DNA of 63,780 nucleotides, counting the filler, from Bigelowiella natans CCMP2755 (lineage: Eukaryota; Protista; Cercozoa), in assembly GCA_000320545.1 (NCBI GenBank). It is 8 parts of 8 records of this genome, joined end to end, with 100 filler letters (N's around TTAATTAATTAA, not from the genome) between each part and the next. Parts side by side here need not be neighbours in the genome. Positions count along the whole stretch, not along the records: positions 1 to 6,975 come from ADNK01001695.1; positions 7,076 to 23,675 come from ADNK01001754.1; 6 more parts are not named here. One strand, given 5' to 3'. A program made the position numbers and the translations under genes. The stretch's first letter is position 1, and the number at the start of each line of letters is the position of its first letter. This document shows positions 1 to 13,094 of the stretch, piece by piece. The notes under the pieces are model-generated. The model worked only from the letters and a program-made list of their open reading frames with translations. It made no database searches and was not told the DNA's origin.

Positions 1-192
1 CCCCCCCCCCCCGGTTTTTTTTTCATACTTGTAAGATCTTCGGCCAGAGAGAGAAGGGCATTTTATTGCATACGAGAAAAATTCAACTAGTCCCAATGGT
101 GGTGATGGAGGGGAGATGCTGGTGACTTCATGATGATGAGAATGTTGATGATGACACAGCCCAAGATGAACACACACACACACACACACACA

Positions 193-239
<47 letters not shown>

Positions 240-2447
240 ATTGCTGCATCGACAGGAAACAAATAACTGGAAATAACTGGCATCTACCTCAACTGCAATG
301 TCAAGGCTCAGGGAATACCTATTGTAGCACCAAGTGTGAATGGATTAGAAAATGCGACTTTAAGAAGTAATCTATTATGCTCTTTATAATCCGCTTTCAT
401 CATCATCATCGTCGTCATCATCATCATCATCGTCGTTTTCATCGGGGCCATTCTAATCGTAAGAATGTGACAGTAATGACGATCACGACTTGGGCAAAGG
501 AGAGGCCATTCGACTCAGCTCCATTTCCGTAGGAACCCCCTAACATAATAATAATAATAACAATAACAAGAAGAAGCAGAAGAAGAGGAAGAATTAACAT
601 TACACAAATTAAAAACAATCCTCTCACGAACAACCCGGCAGGGCAGTAACAAGCGCCATTTCGAGTCGGCATGGCTTACGCACCTTGATGACAGCGGCTT
701 TGGCCTGGATGGGGGATATGATGTAGTTCCAGGCCCCCTTGCTCTCATCGGCGAAGATGTCCGTCAACACCATCTCCCTGGATTTCCTGTCCTCTACGAA
801 TTTTTTCTCATTCGTATTGAGATACCTGGTTGTGATGTCAGCGGTGCATGATTTAAGAGGAGGAATCGAACCATCCCCCCCCCCCCCCCCCTTTGATCCC
901 TCCACGAAACTATATCGGCTGGAGAAAAAGCTATGTATTCGAGCCCTCACCATTGTGGCCATCACTACCGAAGCGTGCACGCGCGGGCGCGTTGTGCTAA
1001 CTTACGTGGAGAATCCATCAAGAACCAGCTTGCGGTGCTTTGTCAACGGAGTCTTCGAGCTCGAAATGACCTGTGATTGTTCGGGCCATCGCAAAGAGGG
1101 GGTTGGGTTTGCATTGTCAGAACGTCCCACTCCAATGACGAGGGGGGAGGTGTGGGGGGGGAGCAACAGTAAAAATAATACGACTATTGGGGAAGCGGTT
1201 GCGTATCATATGGTATTATTTCGAGAGTCCTTACTTTGATTCTGTTTCCTTTTTCGTCTGTTGGGAACACCTATAATGGTATGGAAGTGATTAGTCTGCT
1301 GCGGTGAAGAAGGAGAATGGGGGGTGAAGAAAGAGAGAAAGAAGAAGACGAAGAAGAAGAAGAAGAAAAGTGGTTTCGAGGTCGGATCGGATTGCTCTTA
1401 GCTTCATGCCATTAATTATACGCCGAACCTCGAGGCTCTTCAATGCGACCCCAGCTGCATAGCCATCACCTTCGTAGCGTATGTGAACCTGCTTAATAAT
1501 CACCTAAAACGACAAAGAATACAAAGTGGGTATTAGACGTATTCATGCCGAAATCTGTTCAAATACGAGTCGCAACAGAATGAAGAGGGAAGGGGAGAGG
1601 GGAGGGTATGCTGCATCGTGGGAGATTCGGGGAAGATGAGTGTCCGTTGTAGAGGTCTTTACTTGAAGATTGTCGACGATTTTGTCAGCCATGCCATATG
1701 CTGTCTTGGCTTCCTCGCCGAAAGTCTCCTCTTCCCACAGACGTAACGACTCCATCTGAGGGTGTGAGAGGGGGTGGGAGACAATATCAAGTCAAAATTC
1801 TATGCCTCACAAGCACGTAACCTGCATATAAATACGTTGAATTACCTTTGCCTTTATCGTGGCTTCCAAGGCCTCTTTTATTTGCTCTTCTGTCATCTCT
1901 TTATCCATGTTCTCTGTGGAGTCATAGTGATACCCGTTTGATTTAGGTTTCCCCCTTCCCACAACGTTACCACCAGAAGCGCGCCGCTGTGCGGCAGTCG
2001 TGGATACGACTATTATTTGTTAGAGATGTTGAGGCTACCTTTGGAACGAGGGCCAGCGATGATGAAGACATCGTCTACGTGGACAACGATTGGCTTTGTC
2101 GTTAGGTGCCTATAGCTGAAGTCGATGAAAAGGCTCCCTAGGTAACTGCAAAGCGAGAACACATTCAGTAGACGTCTCACCAAAAATTTAGACGGAAGTG
2201 GGAAAGAAGTTACGCATAACCCGAATTTAACTTGGACTGGTAATCCCAAAAAATCGAGTGCTTCCGGTCGTATCCGCACATTTTTCATGGAGATTTCCGA
2301 GTTTATCTGCGAAGTAACATGCCTCAGCTCGTCGAATCAAGCGATGGAATGTTCGATGGCTACCAATGAGATGGAGATCTTATAGTCTTTTTCCAGAAAC
2401 TGCCCACCATACTTGTTAATGAGTCCCTTTGCGATGGAGGAACCCAT
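1..2447 (-). CDS. VPS13: VPS13-family lipid transfer protein, N-terminal (Chorein_N) exons; 3' truncated at window start
   Basis: ATG at 2447 gives MGSSIAKGLINKYGGQFLEKDYKISISL. Later exons read MKNVRIRPEALDFLGLPVQVKFG, YLGSLFIDFSYRHLTTKPIVVHVDDVFIIAGP, MADKIVDNLQV and IKQVHIRYEGDGYAAGVALKSLEV, matching the Chorein_N consensus (L.LPV.VK.G.IG.L.....; KIVDNLQV.I..VHIRYE). Confidence 0.85.
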
Positions 2448-2885
2448 GGTGGATAGCGTGGTCGATCAGTGAGCTAGATATGTCGATGGTGGTGTTCCTA
2501 TTCAGCAAAAAATTATCTCTATTTCCTTGTCGCATGGTGGAAAAACAATGTAAAAGAGAAACTACGTCGCAAGACTTCTTGCGTATTCTTTTGAAAAAAG
2601 AATCCTCTTCTTTCTCCCCCGGTATTCCAGGAATCTCATGCTGTCTGGCACTGCGTTTGCGAAATGATGGAGATTTTCATTCCTCTTCAAACATACATTT
2701 ATTGTCGCAACTTAAATTAATAGGGGATTCTTCCAGGATCTTCGCACATCATCATATGTGGTTAGGTTCTTCCTTTGCGACAACAAAAAAACTATTGTCG
2801 TAACAAAAAATGGAGGATTAAAGACTGTGCTTGCATGTGCAATGGCCAAATCCAAGTCCTCTGGACAATAAAGGATTAAAAGATC

Positions 2886-3956
2886 ATGGGAACAACCGCC
2901 GCTTGCGCATGGAGGGTCGAGAAGGACTTCGCCATGCTTCAATGTGTAGAAATGAAGGAAGTTTGGTCTATGGGATGGGTTTTACATGTTGAAGAACTTT
3001 TACGTCAAGTTGGCTTCTTAGAGGCTATTGTAGGAAGCATTTCCACATATGCATCGCCTTCTTGGAGCTATGGCAACGATTGGGCGTTCAGAACGACGAT
3101 GGATTCCATGAAGTGCAAATCCGAACGCTGTGGCGAGAGTGAAAAACTCCGAACATCTAATCGCTATGGCATTGGCTGCTTTGTCGTTAAAAGAAAGAGG
3201 AGTTGGACAGGAAGGAAAAGAACCCAAAACACAATTGCAATAACCAGGACACATAGAAGGCGAATGCGGCAGCAAGATAGAAATGTTCATGATACTATTG
3301 GAGCACAAACTGATCCAGTCAATGATGAAAATCATGTTAACAGTTTGGATATGAAAAGACGGGATTTATTAACTACCAACTGTGACTACAGGCAAGAGCT
3401 TTGTCATGATGACAGCGAAGTGAATCGGCAAAGTAAAAAGGAGGAGGAAAGCGAAGAACTTTCAATTTTCTGCACGCATAAGCTTGAAGAGGGCTATGTG
3501 TGGGAAATAGAAGTGGAAGTAGACGCGAACGGCGATCCGTCATACGACTCGTCTGACTCAGATTCGGAGATGTGGACGCACATCGGTTTCGTTCCCTCAT
3601 TAACCTGCTCCCCGTCTGCCATTCCCGTGGCGGGAGTTGTTGGCTGGATACCTGGTAGTGTCTCGTGGTTTCAGTCTGGTTGTTTCTACAGCAACAGGCA
3701 AAAGGTGTTTTCGACCATGGAAAGCGATCTAGATAATGTCGGAAAGGTCAGCTTCACAAGAGGTGATAAATTACTAGCTAGACTGGATTTAAGGGAAGCC
3801 TCCACTTCTGTAGTCACGTTCGCGAATCTGATACATCCTGAGTATGGATTTGTCGTTGCAAACTTAACACGGAATGATCGGGGGCCGATGTGGTTCGGAG
3901 CTACATTCCAAGCTGTAGGACAGAAAGCAGCCATTCTTAGTATTTCAAGACGATGA
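2886..3956 (+). CDS. Hypothetical protein with C-terminal B30.2/SPRY-like beta-sandwich
   Basis: 356-aa uninterrupted ORF. YVWEIEV...HIGFV...FTRGDKLLARLDL...VVTF...MWFGATF follows a SPRY-like pattern. Confidence 0.5.
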   Translation: MGTTAACAWRVEKDFAMLQCVEMKEVWSMGWVLHVEELLRQVGFLEAIVGSISTYASPSWSYGNDWAFRTTMDSMKCKSERCGESEKLRTSNRYGIGCFVVKRKRSWTGRKRTQNTIAITRTHRRRMRQQDRNVHDTIGAQTDPVNDENHVNSLDMKRRDLLTTNCDYRQELCHDDSEVNRQSKKEEESEELSIFCTHKLEEGYVWEIEVEVDANGDPSYDSSDSDSEMWTHIGFVPSLTCSPSAIPVAGVVGWIPGSVSWFQSGCFYSNRQKVFSTMESDLDNVGKVSFTRGDKLLARLDLREASTSVVTFANLIHPEYGFVVANLTRNDRGPMWFGATFQAVGQKAAILSISRR

Positions 3957-3970
3957 TAGTCCGATTGTTA

Positions 3971-4361
3971 ACGGTGTATGTATTCATACATGTCATGTAG
4001 TAATCATATATTATAAGTGTCTATGTTATTCTCAAATTGAGGACAGTTCAGGCCATATCAAGAGCCTAGAGCTCATTATTCTAATTAGCTAGAACTAGAT
4101 TTCATTGAGTATGTTTCGATGTCTGGCTTGGAGAGATCCCGGACATTATCACCTGACAGTCTTCGAGATTCGTAGGTGATGTACCCGGGACCTCTCCAAG
4201 CCAGACATCGAAACACACTCATTGAAATCTAGTTCTAGCTGATTAGAATGATGGGCTCTAGGCTCTTGATGATGGCTTGAACTGTCCTCAATTTGAGAAC
4301 AACATGGACACTTGCAATGCATGCATGATCACTACATGACATGTGTGAGCACATGCACCGT
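3971..4361. repeat. ~390-bp imperfect inverted repeat (fold-back / MITE-like)
   Basis: Left arm ~3971-4155 is the reverse complement of right arm ~4183-4361, e.g. ctcaaattgaggacagttca vs tgaactgtcctcaatttgag and gtttcgatgtctggcttggaga vs tctccaagccagacatcgaaac. Confidence 0.9.
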
Positions 4362-5249
4362 GATCTGTTGACATGAGCACACGAGTGTGTTGAGGACTGA
4401 CACTGGAGACCACATGGTGTGCACACGAAACGGTGTCAATGGTTTGAATTGACTTCCAGACCCAATCACTATCATATATACGTATGTCTATTGTAATCAC
4501 AGCTAGTGTGCACGTTGCAAGGTTGCACGTGAGCTGCACCAGTGCACGATCTAGCCCAGCTAGCTAGCTAGCCAGTAGCAGCTGATGCCTGCGTGTGTCA
4601 CACGTGCACCGCAGCACGCAGTTGCGATGCATGTTGGCTGCGTGCGCGTGCGCTAGCATGTGCACGTCGTGTGTGTGCGGCATGCATGTCATTGCTAGCA
4701 TGCGCTGTTGGCACATCCAAATGCACACACGCCGTGACTCACGCACGTGTCCCGCCAGTCTAGCAGTGCCATGCACACAATGGACACATGCGTGCCTGGC
4801 GGGTGCACGCAATGCACATGACACATGCAACGTGCACTGTGTGCAAATGCGATGTGCACACAATGCATCTGCAAACGATGTGCACACGACGTGTGTGTGC
4901 AACACGTGCTGTGTCTGTGGTGCGCATCTGAGCGGATTTGTGGATCAACAGAGCGTGAACGAGTGCGCGTGCAGATGTGCAATCAATGGTGACGACGCAC
5001 ACACAAATGCAAACAAGCGCACACGCGTGGTGTGGCTGCCACATCATAATGTTATTAGGTCTAGAGATGCATGGCATTGTGCAAATTTTCGAACCACGTG
5101 GCTGCGCTACACGGTCCTCGCATGACATTTGAAGCTTGATTTGTGATTTCATGCACATGGTCTTGCAGTCTTGCAATGGGAACAAACTCATTGCAAGAAA
5201 TGGGACACTGCATGTTTCTTTACCCAGTCTCTGCATGCCGTCCTGTCAT

Positions 5250-6930
5250 TCATTTGCTGGCGACATATTTTGCTTTCAAAATTGCAGCTTTCCTCAATCG
5301 TTCTCTCTTCGTCATCAGGCGCTTCTGGCCCGGCTGCTGGCCCTTCGATTTGGTAGTTTTAACCGAAGCACTTTTACAGCCCTCATAGTCGTAGGATCGG
5401 AAGAAGTCACGCAATATCAGGCTCTGCCAGGAACCGAATACTTTCAATTTTCCATCAAAACGACCGCGGCGAGACGTCTGCTTTTCTCCCCTGATCTCTG
5501 GAATTCGGTTTTCGGAGGGCTGAACCCAACCCCACTTCAGATTGTAAAGCAGCGTCTCCTCCGCATAACGGTTCAAACAATTGTCTCGATATGCGGCTAT
5601 TAGCTTGCTGGCCGTGGGGTACCTCTCGAGCAAGGCTGAAACCTGCTCCGTCAAACGAAAAGAAAGGAGTTTGGGCGCAGAACAGAATCACTTGTGCGCA
5701 TGCAAATGATACGTGGCTTTTGTGTATGTATTTCAGCTTGACCGGAGATTCTATGCACCAGCCGAAGCTAGTACTGAAAGATGTATATGTGCATGCGGCG
5801 CATGTGTCTACCCCCATCGTCGCTCCTACCACACATATGAGCACCAATGGCAACGTACCTTTTCAGCATGGCAACCAGGGATCATGCGGAGCTGTCTTCC
5901 GAAAATATTCCCCACGGTACAGTCTTTCTCGGTCGTTTTCTTCACCGATTCCTGGTGGTATCAATGGGGGAGGGGGAAGGAGAGTCAGATGACGAAAATG
6001 GGAGACTTACGCATAATGCGGCAAACACCTTCCACGCTATGTAGTTAACAGGCCTGAAACTGCCCGCCTTATCTATCTCCGAGGAGAAATCTCTGAGTTT
6101 CATTGCGAGCAGCTTTGAGATTGCCTTCGTCATGCAGCCTAGTACCCACACGGTTTCTATGGCATCCTTTAGTGCGGTGCAGGTAGAAGCATTCGTAAGG
6201 CGGCGTTTTTTCACGGAGGCACATACGGTCAAAATGCAAGTGGAAATTTCGAAAGGATAGCGTTGGAAATGCTGCCCTGGCTGCTGCTGCTGCTGCTGCC
6301 TGCGATCTCTGCAAAACTCGGTGAATAATACCTTGGTTCTGTGGACGTGGAAACCGCGTGCAGCATCAAGACCGACGAGCGCATCAGTGAAATCTTGCCG
6401 GGAGAGGTACAGCTTCTCAAACGCGTCCCAGTCGCCCTATTCGATAAAGATGCACGCACGAGTAGGCGTTATATACACATAAGGGGTTGCGGCAGCGCAT
6501 GCTCAGCATCGCCATTAGCTTGCCCCCCCCCCCCCCCCCCCCCCGACTTTTTTCTCATTTTCTCCTATTTTTACTTCTTTCTTCGATGACACAATGAGGA
6601 GTAAAAGCTTTGTCATCCTCCTGCTTTGCATTAACCCTTTGCACTTGGTTTTGGTTGGTGATGCTACTACTTTCATCAACAACAAAAGGGCTTGATTAAC
6701 TTTTGATGCGGCTCTTTCTGCTGCTGCTGGTATTGCCAAGAAAAGGTACAACAAACTCTTCTCCTTTAAATAAAACCTAAAAAGATAAAATCAGCCAAAC
6801 ATCAACAAAATTTATGGAATTGATGACCAGAGTACTGAATATGTACCCTTAGTGTTTGGACAAAAACATAATGATTATCATGTTATCGTCTCACCATTGT
6901 TTGATAAGATCCCGGAGCATGATGCTGACT
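5250..6930 (-). CDS. MUS81: MUS81 crossover-junction endonuclease (ERCC4 + HhH), multi-exon, 5' truncated by spacer
   Basis: Exons translate to HCVIEER, GDWDAFEKLYLSRQDFTDALVGLDAARGFHVHRTK, DAIETVWVLGCMTKAI, TVGNIFGRQLRMIPGCHAEK and VSALLERYPTASKLIAAY, matching the end of the MUS81 ERCC4 domain and its HhH motifs. Confidence 0.8.
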
Positions 6931-6975
6931 CTACACAGCACAACAACAACGACAACAACAGCGACGACCACGACC

Positions 6976-7075
6976 NNNNNNNNNNNNNNNNNNNNNNNNN
7001 NNNNNNNNNNNNNNNNNNNTTAATTAATTAANNNNNNNNNNNNNNNNNNNNNNNNNNNNNNNNNNNNNNNNNNNN
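6976..7075. other. Artificial contig spacer (N-TTAATTAATTAA-N)
   Basis: 100-nt N run with a six-frame stop linker. Identical spacers occur at 23676-23775, 38678-38777, 44051-44150, 56563-56662, 60795-60894 and 62350-62449. Confidence 0.98.
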
Positions 7076-7108
7076 ACGCGTGTACACACATATCGGACCT
7101 ATAGTGTC

Positions 7109-7182
<74 letters not shown>

Positions 7183-8115
7183 TTGGGCGGAGTGACAAGT
7201 AAGCGTCACTAGTTTCGTTCAAAAATTGCTTCTTATCGAGCCAACGTGGATTATTCGTGGCCAGACTTTGATTTTTGTGTTTTCGCAGAGAAATGAAGAG
7301 GACAGCGGGCAGCAGGACAATGGAGATGACTCAAGTGTGCGTTCTGCTGCACTACCGATGCCCCCGCCCTCTTCAGATGCAGAATGATGACGTAGTAGAA
7401 ACAACCCTGTAGTAGCAACGCGTATTAGTACAGTACTTGTAGCGCGATGAACCTGGGTGAATTGCTTTGCAAATGTACTCCTTGCCGCTCGTTCATGACA
7501 ACTGCCAGGCTGCTAAGCATCAATGAAATGATACAGTCGCAGTTAATAACTAGACGAGTATGCCACAGCTGCCTCTTTTAGCGGAGCATTCAGTCTATAG
7601 CAGTGTCCGCAAATGCCCAATTGCAAACAGACACGATGTACAAATCTGCTGCGTGCATTTAGATCTTGTGATCAGTGCAGCGTCACGTGTGGCCAATCTC
7701 TACTTCCACACGCACACATGCGAGATTTTTAATTCATGCGAGCCCTGATAGTTTTGCCGGGGCGGGCAGAATAAAATGTGAGAGCAGCTGGTGCAACGCA
7801 CAATCGTCAGCAGCACGTACATCATGATCTGCACGATGACTCCATTTTCATGCACGCGCAATGAAAATGGCACATTGTGTCCCGCTCACACATCTAGATA
7901 TGGCAAAGCATCTTGTGCCTGCTAGCTACTAGAGTAAATGGATCAATTGACAAGTGATTGTCACAGCTGATCGAGAGTTGATGGTTTCTGCCGCTGCACA
8001 GGGATGGGCATGTAGCTAGATAATAAATTGGGATGCCTGCTAGCAAGTACACAACATGTCGAATCATTTGCTTTGAAAATCATTTGCAAACTGGCTTTGT
8101 GCTATTTCTATGCTT

Positions 8116-9298
8116 TCATATGATCAAATTTACTTTGTTCGCTTCCTTTGAATCACCCCCGTCGCAAAACGGAATCTTTTCATTTACTTTTGCGCTTCTA
8201 GTTCCACGACCGTTTGAAGGAGTAATCGTTGAATTGTCACGGTGTTGACTGCCGAGTCCTGAGCCCGTCATAGCTGTACTAGGGCGCGAAACGCGACAAT
8301 CGACCAAGCTATCTTCGGACTTTCTGGCCGTGTCTTTCGCAAATGACCCCTTGGAATCTCTTTGAAGGAAATTCTGATCCACTGAGTCTACAGATGTGGC
8401 TATTTGGTAATGTCTTTTGGATCCTGACTGCCCTTGCGCGTAGCTTCTCCCCTGCTCTATCGAGTCAATTCTCCCTCGCTGCTGGCCAAACGACTCGATT
8501 CTACCGCTCACCACAGCACCCCCCCCGCTCGATCCGAGTTTCATCTGAATCTTTGACATCTGCACGCTAGTGCCTCCAATACTTGACGATTGCAGCATTT
8601 TTCCCTGCCTGCCAATGGAACTATGAGGTTGCGAAACAACCGAGCTTCCACCCCCTGTTCTCCGTCGGCGAGTGCCTCCCCTACTTCCCTTGCTTGTAGA
8701 GGTGGTGGCAGGACTTGCCATCTTACGCACTTTGTTTTTTAGCATGTAGAGGATCGCGGTCAGTCCGCACGCATCGAAAATAAGCGAGAAGAGGAAAAAT
8801 AGGTAGATGCTCCTGCGAAGGCTGAGCATGAAGATGTTGCTGCAGCAGCTCAGGAACATGGAAATTGTAACAAGATATACCATTCGCTCGAATCGCCTTG
8901 CCTGTGCTAGCTTATCCTCCGCCATTTTGGCCACCTTTGAGGCTAGCACCAGCCCGTAGACAAAGTAGCCAAACATCAGGATGAGAGTGAGAGTCACAAT
9001 CACAATCGCCACGTACTGGTGCGACAGGTCAATGACGAAGAACAGAGCCCCTGCGACCACCATGCAGGTACCCATCGAGACCGCTGTCGCAGCATACCGC
9101 TTCTTAAAACGGCTGAAAGGATCTTTCGATAGTCGCGAGTTGTGCACCAAACTCGCCCATTGGAACACTGTAAGGCTATACAGAGAATAGTTGAAGAGGT
9201 ACGGCAAGGCTATCAGGCCCAGTACGATGCCGAAGTGTAAGCTTCCCTGCTCGAAGCCTTCGATCAACCGCGCAACCTGTGTCATGGCGTGAGAGGAA

Positions 9299-9330
<32 letters not shown>

Positions 9331-10647
9331 CGTGTGAGAGTGTGAGTGAGTGAGTGATTGTGTGTGTGTGTGTGTATGTGTGTGTGTGTGTGTGATTGTT
9401 TTTTATACTTTTGTGTTTTTAGGAAAATCGCAGGGAAAGCAAATGCACTGCTGTGAGGGAAGCGAGTTTGGCATTTTGGTCACTCACCATCAACACGCTT
9501 ACGATCCGAGTTATAGCGACCGCAAATATGAGAAGGTGCGTCCAGACTACGTGCTTTATCCTGAAACCACCCTTCCCTAACCGAGCAACTTGCAGAATGG
9601 CGACAGCAGCAATGACACCAAACAAGCCCACCATTCCCCAATAGCCAAACTCGGCGTCGTTCTCCTCCGCGGCGCAGGTCGCTTGATCGGCAAGCAGAGT
9701 AAACTCGGTGAGATGGTTGCAAACGCAGGCGTGGAGACCCCCGTCCACCGTGCCGTTGTACACGCACCCCTCGTCGCTCCAGACCTGGAGGAGCGGGTTC
9801 CAAAAGCTACATACCCTCCGGAGCCCGCACTTCTCCTTCCGGTCCGAGCTCAGCGCAATGGTGACGTTTGCATTCGAGTCGCGGCCCTGCGATGAAGAGT
9901 TGAACGACAACAATCGCGAGCCGCTCATATTGTAGAGGTTCACCGAGGCTACGTCGGACGATGCGAAATCCGCCACCGCATTCGTACGAATGGCGCCTAC
10001 GCGAAAACTGGTACCTCCAAGTGATTGAAGGAATTGTTGTTGTTGTTGTTGCTGCTGCTGCTGCTGCCTGCATTGGGCGAGGGAGGCTACTGCGACTCGT
10101 AGGAGAGTGAGCACATTCCTCGGCCGTTCATATCCATCAGAGGAGGACCTTATCGTTGTCGCGCCAATGGACACGCGGACAGTGGAGGATGCACTTGACG
10201 CCGCAGTCTCCTCTGCGAAGACCGTGCCCGCAGATGCATCGAAGCCAGACGTTTCAAATCGGACATTATGCACATTGGATTGGGGTGGGGAGGTGCCCCC
10301 AGCCTTTCGAAGCAGCAGATCCATGGAACTCACGGTCTCATCTACCACGGAGCAGGACGTAGGTATTGCCGCTGCCGAGGCTATCGACGCCTCGGGTGAT
10401 GAAGCCGGCGGGCTCGCCTTCACCAATACCGCTGAGTAGGAATGAGCGAGCGCATCACCTAGGGCTGAAGCGAGTTCTATTGGCTCCGCGCGGACTGTTA
10501 TCGAATTTACTGCATTGAGAACGTTTTGTACTTCCTCAGTGCTTCTAGGTCCCTCTGGTTTTTTGTTTGGAGGGGGGGGGGGGGGATTTAAAAGGAATGG
10601 AATTGCTCTCATTTGTTGCTGCATACAGTCGTGATAAGTAGGTGACA

Positions 10648-10722
<75 letters not shown>

Positions 10723-11781
10723 TTATCTTCGTGTGTGTTGATTATACTTCCATGTATGGACACACACGATGTCCACTATATTTCCCCATAGCTCCAATGC
10801 ACATTTCGCACCACCCACACACCTGTGAATGCTTCGGTCTCAACGGATTCCTCCAGGACTTCTGCTATCATCAGATTCTCCTCTCCACTAGCCAAATCCG
10901 GAATTAAAGCAACCTTCTCTACATGGGAGGCTGCAATCGACCACATATCCGATGACAGCTCCTGTAAGTTAGCAGTGCTTGAACACCTGAATCACATACA
11001 TATTTATCAACCTGTGTGGAATTTGCTTTCGAAAATGCCCCCCCCCCGCCCCCTCTTATACTCTTAAAACCACAAAGAAAGAAAAAAATCGAACAAAGGT
11101 CCTCTGACTTTCTCTTGCATTTAGAAGAATCACACGCATCATACTTTGTACTTCCGCATGATCCACAAAACACAAATGAACACTGAATCCGCTTACAAAC
11201 ACAATACACAAAAATGCAGACGAGCGCGTGATCTGTAGCATAATGGAAAGCATAGTAAAATTATATATTATGGCCAGCCTTCTAGATTCTTGTCACCACC
11301 CTTTCGGCCCCCCCGTTGTCGTAGCCGTTGCTGCTAGTGCCCCTGCGAAGTCCGGGCAGGTTGACAGCAAAACTTCCTGGTTTGGAATCGTGTCTATAGC
11401 GTCCAGAGCTGTCCGGGCGAGACTTAGCATGTCGTTTATCTGTCCGAGGTGGAAGAGTTTTCCCAACGTTTGGTTAAGACTCTTGCAGATTGAATCCCGT
11501 CCATCAGGACTGCTGCTATTGTCGCGCTGCTGCAGCGCTGGGTAGCTCTCCTCAGTCATCTTGCGCAGAGCGAAAATAGCTTGGGATGTTTGCATGCACT
11601 CTGTGCTTTGAGGAGCGAAGGCCGGGTACTGCACTTCGCGTACTTGGATGGGACCGATTTGCGCCTGCGACACGCCGTCCAGGCTGTCTTTGACTTTGGC
11701 GAGAATCGTGTGATTCCCTGGTGGTAGCGAGAATATGCACTCTAGGAGTGAATGGGAAGGGGGGGGGGAGGGAGAGAGAGG

Positions 11782-11820
<39 letters not shown>

Positions 11821-12165
11821 ATAGGAAGAATAGGGAGGGAGAAGAAAAGAGCATTAGACACAGAGCGAAGAGGAAGATAGGCAAAGCAGAGTAGAAAGAG
11901 AGGAGTACCTGCAGCAAACGAGAAAGGGCACAGGACTTTGGATTTCGACTGGTTGCCGTATTGCGGATAGTACGAGAAGGACGTGAGAACCGGGAGAGCG
12001 TCTTCATCTGATATCACAACTGACGCTGCAACCTCGAAGTCGGAAGTATAAGCGTCACCCTGCATAGGCGTAGCTCGGACCGATTGGATTTGGGGTACCT
12101 CAACGATCTTGACATTCACCTTTTCCGGGGAGAACATATTACATTCACACGTAAGCGCAATAGTA

Positions 12166-12202
<37 letters not shown>

Positions 12203-12212
12203 TTCAGTATGC

Positions 12213-12258
<46 letters not shown>

Positions 12259-13007
12259 GTGTCTTTAAGGAAAAAACATACCGTAGACCGTGCAATCTCA
12301 GTGCCCCCCTCCATAGCCACGGCGCTGATTGCCACATCCTTTTGCAATCCGTGCACGATATTCGCCAGCTGAGAAACGGGCAGAACCAACGAGGTCGTAG
12401 AGGCCAGAAACGCTAATGGCGATGATGATGATGCTGAAGATGATGATAGATTCCTCCTCGATTCCCAGCGGTAGGATATCGAAGGAGCGCCAACGCCGTC
12501 CCCGCCATTACTAGTGCTGCTACCCCAAACTAGATTCGCTGTCAGGCGAATATCGCCTCCTCGAGAGACCACGAAAGCATGCCCGGTGATAACCAGCGTT
12601 GGCGAGCCCGGCGAAATCACGCTAAAGAATGCTTTAAAGGAGCTGGAGCGCCTCAGTGTGCCCCCGTTCGAGATGACAGAGAAATTGAGTGTGATGTTGA
12701 GAGAGGAGGGGAAGACCAGCGAGTCGCTGGGAAGGGTGTAGACTCCGCCACTTGAGGAGACCTGAGCCCCCACACACGGGTGCTGAGGCGCTGTGTTATT
12801 TATGCATGTCCATTGGAAGATCCTAGAGCTGTTGATAGCCTTCTCGGGGTCGTAAGATGCCGAGTCAGCGTCCAGGCGAAGGCTCCTATCACTCGCTGGT
12901 ATCCTCTGAAAATCGTTGATTGAGTTGATCAAAGCTACGACGTCGCGGCCGCTTGTGGATAGGACGTCCTAAGGCACGCATGTAATAACATTATCCCGAA
13001 TCAGTAG

Positions 13008-13094
<87 letters not shown>

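Noticed and set aside
4235-5236. Overlapping Cys/His-rich ORFs resembling metal-binding proteins (also 18070-18816, 42242-42578, 57060-57541)
   Set aside because: Open in several frames on both strands because TpA loss removes TAA/TAG and Tyr codons. A compositional artefact, not genes.
4290-5250. CpG methylation decay or fungal RIP as the cause of TG/CA-rich tracts
   Set aside because: CpG remains common in the tracts and TpA is depleted rather than enriched.
7020-7031. Recurrent TTAATTAATTAA palindrome within N runs
   Set aside because: Artificial six-frame-stop linker used to concatenate contigs.
7160-7400. Possible last exons of a plus-strand gene
   Set aside because: Coding-like with GT-AG flanks, but too short and featureless to call.
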